Source: Acidimicrobiia bacterium
GTDB taxonomy: Bacteria > Actinomycetota > Acidimicrobiia > Spongiisociales > ZC4RG35
DNA length: 64,000 nt
Assembly: GCA_035544615.1 (NCBI GenBank)
Contig: DATKEA010000126.1
Coordinates: forward strand, 50-64,049
Direction of reading: 5' to 3'
Shown here: in pieces, positions 51,350 to 60,889 of the stretch
How positions within the stretch are numbered: the first letter of the stretch is position 1
Layout of the letters: each line of letters starts with the position of its first letter
Notes under the pieces: generated by a model
Told to the model about the DNA's origin: nothing
Seen by the model: only the letters and a program-made list of their open reading frames with translations
Database searches by the model: none
Position numbers and translations under genes: made by a program

Positions 51350-52747
51350 TCAGCGGCCGACTGCCATCCAGCCCGGCTCCGGATCCCCGAACATCTCGAG
51401 TAGGTAGTCACGCGACGCCTCCACCGCCCGGCGAGGCGCATCGAGCGACGTCTTGAGCTTGAAGTCCTCCTTGAGGATCTCACCGTCGACGAGGACGGTC
51501 TTCACATTGGAGATGTCCGCCGCACAGACGACCGCACCCACCGGGTCGATGATCGGCGCCACGTTCACCGCCGACCCGTCGATGATCACCACGTCCGCCT
51601 TCTTCCCCGGTGTCAGCGACCCGGTGCGGTCGGCGATCCCGGCCACCTCGGCTCCGCCGATCGTGGCCCACGACAGGGCGTCACGAGCGGTGATGAGACC
51701 GGGCGAGGCCTCCAGGCCATCGAGGTCGTTGTCCCAGGACTCCTGGTGCTTGCGCCCCCGCTCGGAACCAAAGACCGCGTGCATCTGGGTGAACTGGTCG
51801 GCCGATGCGGTGGTGGCCACGTCCGAAGAGAGCCCGATCGGGACGTTGTATTCGACTGCGGTGACCGCCGGCGCCCACCCGTGTCCCATCTGGATCTCGA
51901 CTTGGGGGGCGAAGCTGACGTTCCCCCCCGAATCGGCGACCAGCTGCCACTCCTCGTCGGAGAAATGCGAGGCGTGGACATAGGTCGTGCCCGGGTAGAG
52001 GAGGTCCATGTCGCGCAGCGCGGTGATCTGGCCTTTGGTGTAGCCGAACCGGTCCATGGCGACGTGCACCGTGATGTTGATGCCGAGCTCTTTGGCCAGC
52101 TCCCAGTCGTGACGCACCACATCGGGCTTGCAGAACCCGGGTCCCCGTGTGGCCAGACCCATGGTGATGCGGCCCTCGTCCGAGCTGAAGTACTGCGACC
52201 GCAGACGACGTGCGTCGTCACCGTCCGAGGTCAGGACACTGCCGGTGTAGTCGGGGCCGAACCACCAATCCACCAGCGAGGTGTTGGGGAAGCCGTAGGC
52301 GAAGACCGACCTGATGCCCGACTCCTGGAGAGCGGCGACTGAGGCGTCGGCATGCTCGGGTGTGTTCATGATGTGGGCCCAGTCGACCAGGGTGGTGATG
52401 CCGGCGTTGATGCACTCGAGCGCACCCCAGTGTGTCGCCGAGTGGACGTCCTCGGGCCGGTAGTGCGGGGCGAACTTGTCGAGGATCGCGCTGAAGTAGG
52501 TGATCAGTGCGAAGTCGGGGGCACAGGTCCTGATGCACGTCTCCCAGGTGTGCCGATGGGTGTCGATGAAGCCGGGGATGACGATGTCGCCAGTCGCATC
52601 GATGACCCGAGCATCATCGGCTGGCAGGTCGGTGCCGATGGCGGCGATCTTGTCATCCTCGATCAGCACGTCCGCCTTTGGCATCTCGCCGAGCTCGGGG
52701 TCCTGGGTCAGGACGATCCCGCCGCTTATGAGGATTCGATCAGTCAC
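51350..52747 (-). CDS. amidohydrolase-superfamily enzyme (nucleobase/aminohydrolase-like)
   Basis: PGFIDTHRHTWE (HxH metal motif), VHASH and a C-terminal KKADVVIIDG pattern. Confidence 0.85.
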   Translation of the reverse strand: MTDRILISGGIVLTQDPELGEMPKADVLIEDDKIAAIGTDLPADDARVIDATGDIVIPGFIDTHRHTWETCIRTCAPDFALITYFSAILDKFAPHYRPEDVHSATHWGALECINAGITTLVDWAHIMNTPEHADASVAALQESGIRSVFAYGFPNTSLVDWWFGPDYTGSVLTSDGDDARRLRSQYFSSDEGRITMGLATRGPGFCKPDVVRHDWELAKELGINITVHVAMDRFGYTKGQITALRDMDLLYPGTTYVHASHFSDEEWQLVADSGGNVSFAPQVEIQMGHGWAPAVTAVEYNVPIGLSSDVATTASADQFTQMHAVFGSERGRKHQESWDNDLDGLEASPGLITARDALSWATIGGAEVAGIADRTGSLTPGKKADVVIIDGSAVNVAPIIDPVGAVVCAADISNVKTVLVDGEILKEDFKLKTSLDAPRRAVEASRDYLLEMFGDPEPGWMAVGR

Positions 52748-52966
52748 CGGTCTGGCCCTTTCTATCTGCGGATTGGCCCCACCGGCCGGCGGAGCCGTGT
52801 CATGAACTTGTTGTGCGCGGGCGGGTCGATTCGAGACACCCGATCTTGCACCTCCCGCGGGACCCTACTCGTGGGCGGATTCCGGTCGTTGGGCGAGGAT
52901 GCCGACATCGACCGTGCAGGTGGCCGGAGGAGGGATCGGCTTCGAGGGTCGGGGCAGGTCCAGTTC

Positions 52967-54454
52967 TCACACCCGGTTCGGTCCAGGCGCTCTCGCCTCC
53001 ACCACTCTCTGACCCGATGTCAGGTCGACCTCCAGCGAGCAGGAGGAAGGACCCGATTTCCAGCCGAGACGCAACCGGCTCCCAGCTTCGGTCTCGACCC
53101 GGAGCTCGCCATCGAAGGCGGGATGGGCGGTGCGCAAGCGAATGAGCTCGAGCAGGCTCCCCACCACCGGCCTCCGCACCGCGTCGTCGACCTCCTCCGC
53201 CGAGTAGTCGTGACGATTGATCGCCCGACCCTCGCCGGTCTGGTCGACGGCCGCGTTGTCGTTCTCGCCGGCGAGGAGGCCGACGTAGTAGATCTGGGGG
53301 ACACCCCTGGCGAATAGTTGGATCGCCCGTGCCGCCAGGTACAGGTCGTCATCCCCGCCGAGCGCCGAGTAGTAGGTGCAGTTGAGCTGATGCACGTCCA
53401 CCTCGCTGCTGGGGGCGGGGGACAGGATCCGGTTGACGTTGCCCCCATGGTCGAGGACTCGATCGGCCAGCTCGAGCATCTCGGACGGTTCCAGGATGCC
53501 GTCCAGGTCCGGCCGCACCGGGATCCCGTCATGACAGTCGAGGGTGGTGAACTGACGCTCCGGTGACCGGGACAGGTGCTCGGCGAGGCGCTCGGCGTTG
53601 CCCGTGTGGAAGGCGTGGAGGACCAGGCCGGGCAGGACGAAGTCGTATGTCCAGTAGCCATGGGCCGAGAGTGTCTGGTGGGTGGGATATCGATCGTGCA
53701 CCTCGGGGAGCAGGATCAACCCCACCGATTCGGCGACCGAGGTGATCCAATCGAGGAACTCGTAGATCTCTGGCTCCACCATGAAACAGCTGGTCCCCGG
53801 CTTCTTGATCACGTAGCCGATGGCGTCGAGTCGGATGATGCGGGCCCCTCGTGTGGCGAAGTCCCTGAGCCAATCGGTGATCAGGCTCCGGCCGGCCTGG
53901 GAGGTGACATCCAGGTCGATCTGCTCGGCCCATCCGCTCGGCCCGAACGAGGTCCAGACTTGCTCTTGCCCGCCGGTGTCCTCGATGGTCACCGTCGAGA
54001 AGGGCGAGTCGGGCTTGCGAAGAAAGATGCGGGCCACGTCCTCGGGGGGTGGGTCACCCTGGGGCCAAACCTTGTCCAGGGTTATGAACAGGTCGGCATA
54101 CCGGGAAGCCCTCCCGTGTCGGAGGAAGTCCTGGAACTGGGGGCTCTGCCTCGAGATGTGGTTGACCATCAGGTCGAGCAGAACGTCGTATTCCTCGGCG
54201 ATTCTCCTCAGGTCCTCCCAGGTGCCGAACCGTGGGTCGATCTGGTCGTAGGTGATGGGGGAGAAGCCTCGATCACCCGAGGAGGGGAATGGCGGCAGGA
54301 TGTGCACCCCCCGAAACAGCCCGGCCAAAGGCCCCTGCAACAACCCCGACAGCGTCTTCAGGTCGCCGCCCAGAGAGTCGGGATAGGTGAGCAACTGGGG
54401 ACGCGGCGCCACCGAGCCTATCTTCTCGTTCCTGTCCACCGATATCTCCGGCAC
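52967..54454 (-). CDS. sucrose-phosphorylase-family (GH13) sugar phosphorylase
   Basis: LLTYPDSLGGDLKTL...GVHILPPFPSSGDRGFSPITYDQIDPRFGTWEDL...DLMVNHIS...RLDAIGYV is the GtfA-family pattern. Confidence 0.85.
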   Translation of the reverse strand: MPEISVDRNEKIGSVAPRPQLLTYPDSLGGDLKTLSGLLQGPLAGLFRGVHILPPFPSSGDRGFSPITYDQIDPRFGTWEDLRRIAEEYDVLLDLMVNHISRQSPQFQDFLRHGRASRYADLFITLDKVWPQGDPPPEDVARIFLRKPDSPFSTVTIEDTGGQEQVWTSFGPSGWAEQIDLDVTSQAGRSLITDWLRDFATRGARIIRLDAIGYVIKKPGTSCFMVEPEIYEFLDWITSVAESVGLILLPEVHDRYPTHQTLSAHGYWTYDFVLPGLVLHAFHTGNAERLAEHLSRSPERQFTTLDCHDGIPVRPDLDGILEPSEMLELADRVLDHGGNVNRILSPAPSSEVDVHQLNCTYYSALGGDDDLYLAARAIQLFARGVPQIYYVGLLAGENDNAAVDQTGEGRAINRHDYSAEEVDDAVRRPVVGSLLELIRLRTAHPAFDGELRVETEAGSRLRLGWKSGPSSCSLEVDLTSGQRVVEARAPGPNRV

Positions 54455-54572
54455 TCCACGATTGAACCAGGGATCCGCTCAGGGACGGATCACGTCGTCG
54501 GGACCATATGTATCCGGGCCCGGGCGCTGGCCCACGTCGGCGGGGGATGTGCAATGGGCCAGGTGGTGGTGG

Positions 54573-55733
54573 TCAGCCCGAGACTGCCTGGCGAAAGACA
54601 GGAAGACCTCGCTCGATCATCTCGGGGGTGGCGGTGAGCGAGATGCGGAAGTGTCCCGGCGAGGCGCAGGTGGAGCCGGGCAGCACCAGGACATCCTGTT
54701 CGGCTAGGTCCCGTGTGAAGGCGATATCGTCGGGCTGTGGCGAGCGGACCCAGAGGTAGAAGGTGCCCTCGGGTGACCGGAGGTCATAACCGGCCCGACC
54801 CAGCTCGGTGACCAGGAGATCGCGCTTGCCCTCCAGCTCAACCAGGTCGATGGAGAGCCGGTCCAGCTCGGCCACCGAGTACTGCATGATGGCGCTGGGG
54901 AATAGCCACCCTCCGGAGACCTGGGCCATGAAAACTCCCGAGCGCAGCGCTTCTCGTTCCGGCATCTGCGGGGTCCAGGCCAGCCAGCCGATCCGTTGAC
55001 CGGGGGCGAGCAGGATCTTCCCGTAGCTGTAGGAGATGAGCGTGTGCGGGTAGTACCGGGCTGGGCTGGTGAACTCGGCGTCGCTGAACACGAGCTTGGA
55101 GTAGGGCTCGTCGGACAGTAGGTAGATCGAAGCCCCATACCGGTCTGACGCCTCGGTCAGGATGCCGGCCAGGCCCTCGAGCGTCGCCGGTGGGTAGATG
55201 CGTCCGGTCGGGTTGTTGGGGGAGTTGACGATCACCATCCGGGTCTTCTCGCTGATCGCCCCGGCGAGACGGTCCAGGTCGAGGTCGTGGTTGTCCGCCC
55301 GGACCGGGACACTGATCGGAGTAGCTCCCGCGGCGAGGACCATCGACCGGTAGAAGAACCAAGACGGGTCGGAGTACACCACCTCGTCTCCGACGTCGAC
55401 CAGGGTGCCCAGGGCGACGGCGATGGCGCCGAAGGCTCCCGGGGTCATGCCGATGTCCTCCGGTAAGAACTCGTGGCCCCGCCACTCGGTGAGATGGTTG
55501 GCCACGGCTCGGCGTGACTCCTCCTCGGAGAACTTGTAGGCGTAGTGGTTCTTGTCCAGCGGGGCTGTCGCCGCGGCAAGGGCGGAGGCGAAACCGTCGA
55601 CGACCATCTCCTGCGGGTTGCCGAAGGCGAAGTCGGCGATCCCGGGCTGGTGACGATGCGCCTCCCAGATGGGGAGGTACGACAGCAACGTGTCGTTGGC
55701 TGCCGTGATCTGCTTGATCCGCTGAGTCACCAT
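54573..55733 (-). CDS. class I/II PLP-dependent aminotransferase
   Basis: NSPNNPTGR and SYSYGKILLAPGQRIGW (PLP-lysine region). Confidence 0.85.
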   Translation of the reverse strand: MVTQRIKQITAANDTLLSYLPIWEAHRHQPGIADFAFGNPQEMVVDGFASALAAATAPLDKNHYAYKFSEEESRRAVANHLTEWRGHEFLPEDIGMTPGAFGAIAVALGTLVDVGDEVVYSDPSWFFYRSMVLAAGATPISVPVRADNHDLDLDRLAGAISEKTRMVIVNSPNNPTGRIYPPATLEGLAGILTEASDRYGASIYLLSDEPYSKLVFSDAEFTSPARYYPHTLISYSYGKILLAPGQRIGWLAWTPQMPEREALRSGVFMAQVSGGWLFPSAIMQYSVAELDRLSIDLVELEGKRDLLVTELGRAGYDLRSPEGTFYLWVRSPQPDDIAFTRDLAEQDVLVLPGSTCASPGHFRISLTATPEMIERGLPVFRQAVSG

Positions 55734-55828
55734 GGCTGGTCCGCGACGTTAGCTGTCATCCGAGGATCGGTTCGTGGGGATTGTCCGCACCCGTTCGAAG
55801 CGGAGGTCGAAATCCGGTTCCATGTCCA

Positions 55829-55968
55829 GGTAGCGCCATTTCTCCCCCCGAAGGGGGGAGTACCGGCGTAGCCGGGGAGGGGGGAACTCTTGGCGCTACC
55901 TACCTCAGGTAAGGCGGGGGGTGGTGACAGGGCCCCGGCCCGGGGCCATGCCACCACCGCTTTTGGTT
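55829..55968 (+). other. structured intergenic element: 10-bp closing stem enclosing two hairpins, followed by a terminator-like hairpin plus T-tract
   Basis: - ggtagcgcca (55829-55838) pairs with tggcgctacc (55891-55900)
- Inner hairpin ctcccccc-gaa-ggggggag (55842-55860)
- Inner hairpin ccggc-gta-gccgg (55863-55875)
- Terminator-like hairpin: ggtggtg (55920-55926) pairs with caccacc (55952-55958), inner ggcccc/ggggcc, then gcttttggttt. Confidence 0.35.
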
Positions 55969-55972
55969 TCGA

Positions 55973-57253
55973 TCAGTTGGCCGGGAACACCAGTTCCGAT
56001 GTTGCGGCATCTGCGGGCCAGATCAGCTCGATGGCACCGCCAACCCGCTGCATCAGCGGGTTGGGGACCGGAGCTGTCCCGTCCTCCCGGAAGGTGATCG
56101 GCCCGATGATGGTCGATAGACCGTCGGTGGCCGCGATCGCATCCCGGACTGCCTCATGGTCCAGGGTCCCGGCACGCTCGATGGCGTCCGCCAGGATCTC
56201 GACCAGTGCGTAGGCGCTGCCGACGACGGGATCGGCGGGCCGGCCCTCCTCGTCGAGGTGCCTGGCGTTGACCTCCTCGGTCCCGGGGAATCCCAGGCCG
56301 GGATGCCAAGGAGTTGACAGTACGACCCCTTCCCCCGCCTCACCGAGATCGTTCCACGTGGGCACGTCGGCCGCCCGAACCACCAGGTTGAACGGCGGCT
56401 TGAAGCCGAGCTCTCCCATCTGCTGGTAGATGGCGAACCCGTCCGGGGGTGTGGGAAGGCTGAACAGGGCCTCGACGTCGGCCGCCTGTGCCTTGAGGAT
56501 GATGTCGGTGAAGTCCGTCGCCCCGGGGGCATAGGTCTCATGGAGGACCACTTCGTAGCCATTCGCCGTGGCGTTCTCGGCCCAGAGCGGCCCCAACTCC
56601 TCACCCCAGTCGGTGCTCTCCTGGAAGATGCCGACCCGGAGCGGGCGCTCTCCTTCCGGGATGAGACCGTTCAGCATCTCGTAGGTCGAAACCGCCATAT
56701 CGGGCGACTTCGGGAACGGCGAGAAGAAGTAGCGGAACCCCTGCTCGTGCAGGGCTTGGGTGGAAGTGGCCACGGCCAGATAGGGGATCTCGCTCCTCTC
56801 CGCAATCGCGGTGCCCGCGGCGACCACCGGGGTGGCGAAGCCCCCCAGGTAGGCCACGACGCCGGCGCCGCCGAGCTCCTCCATGTTGCTGGCGGTCTGG
56901 TTCGGGTCGGAGGCGTCGTCACGCACCTCCAACTCCAGCGGCAGTGAGACTCCGAACTCCTCCACGGAGACCCCGCCCGCCTCGTTGATCGCTTCCACCG
57001 CGTATCGATAGCCCCGCTCGATCTGAGCTCCGCCTCCGGCGAAGGCCCCCGTCAGGGGCACCACCGCCCCGATCGTGATCGACTCTGGGGCATCCATCGG
57101 CTCTTCGGCGGTGGTCGTAGTCTCCGCCACCGGGGTGGTGGTCGTCGCCTCCGCGGGCGCCGTTGTTGATGTGGTGGTGTCGGCGCCATCGGTGCCGCAT
57201 GCCGCCAGGATCAACGACAACACAGCGAGCACGCTCAGTGCTGTCTTTCTCAT
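55973..57253 (-). CDS. ABC transporter substrate-binding lipoprotein (branched-chain amino acid/LivJ-like)
   Basis: ATG 57253 (ATGA overlap with the permease stop). Lipobox LSLILAAC-G, Thr-rich linker, then IGAVVPLTGAFAGGGAQIERGYRYAVEAINEAGG. The tracked 58006 start is a shadow extension. Confidence 0.85.
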   Translation of the reverse strand: MRKTALSVLAVLSLILAACGTDGADTTTSTTAPAEATTTTPVAETTTTAEEPMDAPESITIGAVVPLTGAFAGGGAQIERGYRYAVEAINEAGGVSVEEFGVSLPLELEVRDDASDPNQTASNMEELGGAGVVAYLGGFATPVVAAGTAIAERSEIPYLAVATSTQALHEQGFRYFFSPFPKSPDMAVSTYEMLNGLIPEGERPLRVGIFQESTDWGEELGPLWAENATANGYEVVLHETYAPGATDFTDIILKAQAADVEALFSLPTPPDGFAIYQQMGELGFKPPFNLVVRAADVPTWNDLGEAGEGVVLSTPWHPGLGFPGTEEVNARHLDEEGRPADPVVGSAYALVEILADAIERAGTLDHEAVRDAIAATDGLSTIIGPITFREDGTAPVPNPLMQRVGGAIELIWPADAATSELVFPAN

Positions 57254-58230
57254 ACCAGCTCCTTTCCTTTGCTTTTTGTTGTTCCCTCGTTTGAGGTGGA
57301 CCGGGTGTCTTGTTTCGACCCCCGTCTGATGAGCCGCTGTGCCCCCTCCAGGAGACCGCCAGGGAGCAGGAGGACGACGAGGATGAAGAGCAGGCCGAAC
57401 ACGACCACCTGAAACTCCTCGATGCTGGAGGGAAGGGCGTCTCGTCCGACCACGAAGAAGACGGACCCGATCAACGGGCCGGTGATGGTCCCCATCCCTC
57501 CGACGAACGCCACCAGGATGGCCTCGAATGTCCAAACGACGCTGAACGGGAAGCTCGGGTAGTAGCTGGCAGTGAAGTAGGCGTATGCAGCCCCTGCCAA
57601 TGCCGCCAGGACGGCGCTGACGACGAAGGCGACCATCTTGTGGCTGAGCGGGTTGATCCCGGTGGACCCGGCGGCCTCCTCGTCGTCCCGTACCGCCATC
57701 ATCCCCAGACCCACCTTGCTGTTCTTGAGCCAGGTAGCGACAGCGACCGTGACGAGGAGGACGCCGAGGGTCATGAAGTAGGGGCCGGAGAAGTCGTATG
57801 CGCGCAGCGCTTCGACCGTGAGGGAGCTGAGTCGGGGTCTCACGTTGCCCACTGTGAGGAAGATGGCGACTCCGAGGGCGAGCGTCCCGATCGTGAAGTA
57901 GATGTCGCGGAAGCGCAGCATGGGCACGCCGACCACGGCCGCGAACACGGCCGTCACCAACAGGGCTGCCGCGACAGAGACCGCCAATGGCAGGCCAGCC
58001 AGCCACAACTCACGGGTGGTCTGTGCGCCAAGGCCGAAGAACACCGCGTGACCCAGGCTGATCTGGCCGGCGAAGCCGCCGAGGATGTTCCAGCTCGAGG
58101 CGAGCGCGGCCAGCAGCATCGTCTGGATGGCGATGGTCAGGAGATGCTGGTTGTCCGATCCCAACCCGATCCCCACGGCAAGCGCCAGGACCGCAGATCC
58201 CGAGACGACTGCGAGCCACTTCCTAGGCAT
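57250..58230 (-). CDS. livM: branched-chain amino acid ABC transporter permease (LivM-like)
   Basis: Multi-TM. SWNILGGFAGQISLGHAVFFGLGA is the LivM hallmark. Confidence 0.85.
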   Translation of the reverse strand: MPRKWLAVVSGSAVLALAVGIGLGSDNQHLLTIAIQTMLLAALASSWNILGGFAGQISLGHAVFFGLGAQTTRELWLAGLPLAVSVAAALLVTAVFAAVVGVPMLRFRDIYFTIGTLALGVAIFLTVGNVRPRLSSLTVEALRAYDFSGPYFMTLGVLLVTVAVATWLKNSKVGLGMMAVRDDEEAAGSTGINPLSHKMVAFVVSAVLAALAGAAYAYFTASYYPSFPFSVVWTFEAILVAFVGGMGTITGPLIGSVFFVVGRDALPSSIEEFQVVVFGLLFILVVLLLPGGLLEGAQRLIRRGSKQDTRSTSNEGTTKSKGKELV

Positions 58231-59104
58231 GGGCCCTCCCGAAGAACCCCTGAGGACGGATGCTGAGGACCAGAAGGAAGAGGACGAGTGCAGCGATCTC
58301 GCGGTATTCCCCGCCCAACCAGACCGCGGCGAGGCTCTCGGTGAGCCCGAGGAACACCCCGGCCAGGATGATCCCCCTCATGCTGCCCAGCCCGGCCAGC
58401 ACCACCACGATCAGGGCCTTCAGGGTCCATCCCAAGCCAATGCTCGGGCTGACGCTGTATCCAAGTCCGACGAGCGATCCGGCCACGGCCGCCAGGCCGG
58501 CAGAGATGGCGAATGCGGTCAGGTAGATCCATCCCACATTCACGCCGGTCAGCGCAGCCCGGGTCCAGTCCTCCGAAGTGGCGCGCAGCGCCAGCCCGAA
58601 ACGTGTACGAGTCAAAACCCATTCGAGGAGGAAGGCGGCGACGACCGCGACCACCAAACCGGCGAGACGGACCACCGGCACCCTCAGCCATCCGATGGTG
58701 ATCGCCTCGGAGGAGTAAGCCGTGGAGATGGTGCGCTCGTCGCCGGTGAAGAACCTGACAGCCAGAGCCTGAAGCACCAGTACCAGCCCGAATGAGAGCA
58801 GCAGGGAGTTCTTGATTCGGGGGCCGATGGCCAGCCTGGTGACGTGTTTGAACAGCGTGAAGTAGAGGATCACCCCGAAGAGGAACAAGCCCAGGAAGAC
58901 GAGGGGGATGGACACGATCGGGTCCAAGCCCCAGAGAGTGAAGGCGAAGAAGGCGGCGTAGCCGCCCAGCATGAGCAGTTCGCCATGGGCGACGTTCAGC
59001 ACCTTGAGCACCCCGAAGGCAAGTGCGAGGCCGAGTGCCACCAGCCCGTACATGCCTCCGACGAGAACCCCCGAGACGGCACTTTGCAGGATCAGCCGGC
59101 TCAT
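58223..59104 (-). CDS. livH: branched-chain amino acid ABC transporter permease (LivH-like)
   Basis: GVLVGGMYGLVALGLALAFGVLKVLNVAHGEL is the LivH hallmark. Confidence 0.85.
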   Translation of the reverse strand: MSRLILQSAVSGVLVGGMYGLVALGLALAFGVLKVLNVAHGELLMLGGYAAFFAFTLWGLDPIVSIPLVFLGLFLFGVILYFTLFKHVTRLAIGPRIKNSLLLSFGLVLVLQALAVRFFTGDERTISTAYSSEAITIGWLRVPVVRLAGLVVAVVAAFLLEWVLTRTRFGLALRATSEDWTRAALTGVNVGWIYLTAFAISAGLAAVAGSLVGLGYSVSPSIGLGWTLKALIVVVLAGLGSMRGIILAGVFLGLTESLAAVWLGGEYREIAALVLFLLVLSIRPQGFFGRAHA

Positions 59105-59805
59105 AAGCCGAGATACGCTTCGCGGACCCTGGAATCGGTGGCCAGGCGGGTGCCGGGCCCGTCGACGACGATCCTGCCCATCTCGAGGATGTAGGCGTGA
59201 TCGGCCAGGTCGAGGGTCTTCTCTACGTGCTGCTCCACCATCAGGACCGCAACCCCCTTCTCCCTGATCGTGGAGATCACCCCGAAGGTGTTCTCGACCA
59301 CGATCGGAGCGAGGCCGAGCGACGGCTCGTCGAGGATCAGGAGGCGGGGTCTGGCCATCAGCGCCTTGCCGATGGCCAGCATCTGCCGTTCGCCCCCACT
59401 CAGGGTGGCTGCCTTCTGCGTCGGTCTCTCGGCGAGAAAGGGAAAGATCTCGTAGACCTCTGACTTGGTCTCATCGACGGCCGAGCGGGCCCGGCGGGTG
59501 AAGGCGCCCAGCTCGAGGTTCTCCTCCACCGTGAGAGAGGCAAATGTGGCTCGCTCCTCAGGGACCATCACGACACCCCGTTCGACCACCTTGTGGGTCG
59601 GCAATCCGAGGAGCGGGTCGGCCCCGAATGTGACCGTTCCACCGGTGACGGGGAGAAGTCCCATGAGCGCGAGCAGGGTCGTGGTCTTACCGGCGCCGTT
59701 GGGGCCCAGGATGGCGACGATCGAGTCCTCGGGAACCTCGAACGAGATGCCCCAGACGACCTGGAGATCGCCGTAGGCAACTTCGAGACCGTCAACGACC
59801 AGCAT
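59101..59805 (-). CDS. livF: ABC transporter ATP-binding protein (LivF-like)
   Basis: Walker A GPNGAGKTT, signature LSGGERQML and Walker B LLILDEPS. Confidence 0.85.
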   Translation of the reverse strand: MLVVDGLEVAYGDLQVVWGISFEVPEDSIVAILGPNGAGKTTTLLALMGLLPVTGGTVTFGADPLLGLPTHKVVERGVVMVPEERATFASLTVEENLELGAFTRRARSAVDETKSEVYEIFPFLAERPTQKAATLSGGERQMLAIGKALMARPRLLILDEPSLGLAPIVVENTFGVISTIREKGVAVLMVEQHVEKTLDLADHAYILEMGRIVVDGPGTRLATDSRVREAYLGL

Positions 59806-60520
59806 GGCCGGTTCCCAGATAGGCCTTGATCACGGCCGGGTCGTGGACCACCTCTTCGACCGACCCCTCAACCAGCTTCCTGCCGGCATCCAGGACCACC
59901 ACCCGATCGCAGGCATCGGTGATCGCCTTGATGATGTGCTCGACAAGGACGACGGTGATTCCCGAGGCGTTGATCGACTTAACCATGTCGACGGCATCGG
60001 GGATCCCACTGCTGGCGATGCCGGCCATGAACTCGTCGAGCAACATGAGCTTCGGCCGGCCGGCGAGCGCCCTCCCCACCTCCAACCACTTCCGTTCCAG
60101 GATCGTGAACGACTCGGCCCTGACACCGGCCTTGGCGGCGAGCCCCACCTTCTCGAGGACGGCCATGGCCTCGGTCACGCTGGCCTCGCTCCTGGGAGCT
60201 CCCTCGCCTCCAAACAGACGCCCGGCCAGGACGTTCTCCAAGGCGGTGAGATGGGGGAAGGGCCGCACCACCTGGAAAGTCCGGGCGATCCCCTTGCGGG
60301 CAATGCGGTGCGCGGGGAGCTGGGTGATTTCCTCGCCGTCGAAGACGACTCGGCCCCGGTCGGCCTTCACCGCTCCGGTGATCACGTTGAAGGCAGTCGA
60401 CTTGCCGGAGCCGTTGGGCCCGATCACACCCAGGATCTCGCCGGGCTGGACGGTGAAGGTCAGGCCGTCGAGCGCGCGCAGACCGCCGAATCTGACACTG
60501 ACGTCTACGAGCTCGAGCAC
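59792..60520 (-). CDS. livG: ABC transporter ATP-binding protein (LivG-like)
   Basis: VRFGGLRALDGL..GVIGPNGSGKST.FNVITG. Walker B LMLLDEFMAG. Confidence 0.85.
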   Translation of the reverse strand: MLELVDVSVRFGGLRALDGLTFTVQPGEILGVIGPNGSGKSTAFNVITGAVKADRGRVVFDGEEITQLPAHRIARKGIARTFQVVRPFPHLTALENVLAGRLFGGEGAPRSEASVTEAMAVLEKVGLAAKAGVRAESFTILERKWLEVGRALAGRPKLMLLDEFMAGIASSGIPDAVDMVKSINASGITVVLVEHIIKAITDACDRVVVLDAGRKLVEGSVEEVVHDPAVIKAYLGTGHAGR

Positions 60521-60545
60521 CGTGGCATCCCGCCCCGATCACTGC

Positions 60546-60686
60546 TCAGAAACGCAGCCACGTGCCTTCCAGGACTACCTGGCCGACACCCGGCTGTGAC
60601 CAGTCGCACACGCCGTCCGGGAAGACCGCCTGGAGCCGGCTCCACTCCTCGTCGGTGAAGTCGACCGGATAGACGGTGCGATCCAT
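60546..60686 (-). pseudogene. possible C-terminal remnant of a larger (DUF6351-like) gene
   Basis: 46-codon ORF MDRTVYPVDFTDEEWSRLQAVFPDGVCDWSQPGVGQVVLEGTWLRF*. The upstream in-frame TGA leaves only about 55 codons. Recognition of the FP(D/G)GVCD(W/Y)S motif is from memory only. Confidence 0.3.
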
Positions 60687-60889
60687 CTCGGTGAGCCGGC
60701 ATTCGAGGATCGGGAATCGGGAGCCTGATCATGTGCCACCTCTCTTGCGGAGTGAGACCGTCTGCAGCCGGCCGCCGGCTCGGGGAGCCAGAATGTAATG
60801 CAACTCAGGTTCACGTGTCAACGAATCGCATTGTGTTGACAGTGGCGGGAATGCCACCAGCCAGGGACCTGGATCGGCGACGTAGGTCG

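Noticed and set aside
53576-54637. 353-aa plus-strand ORF
   Set aside because: Antisense shadow of the sucrose-phosphorylase-like gene.
55853-55921. G-quadruplex from four G-runs in the structured element
   Set aside because: Loops between the runs are 15, 1 and 31 nt, too long for a canonical G4. Watson-Crick hairpins explain the sequence better.
57310-58266. 318-aa plus-strand ORF, and the 55973-58006 long form of the binding-protein ORF
   Set aside because: The first is an antisense shadow of the permease gene. The second is an upstream out-of-context extension: the real start is ATG 57253, with a lipoprotein signal peptide.
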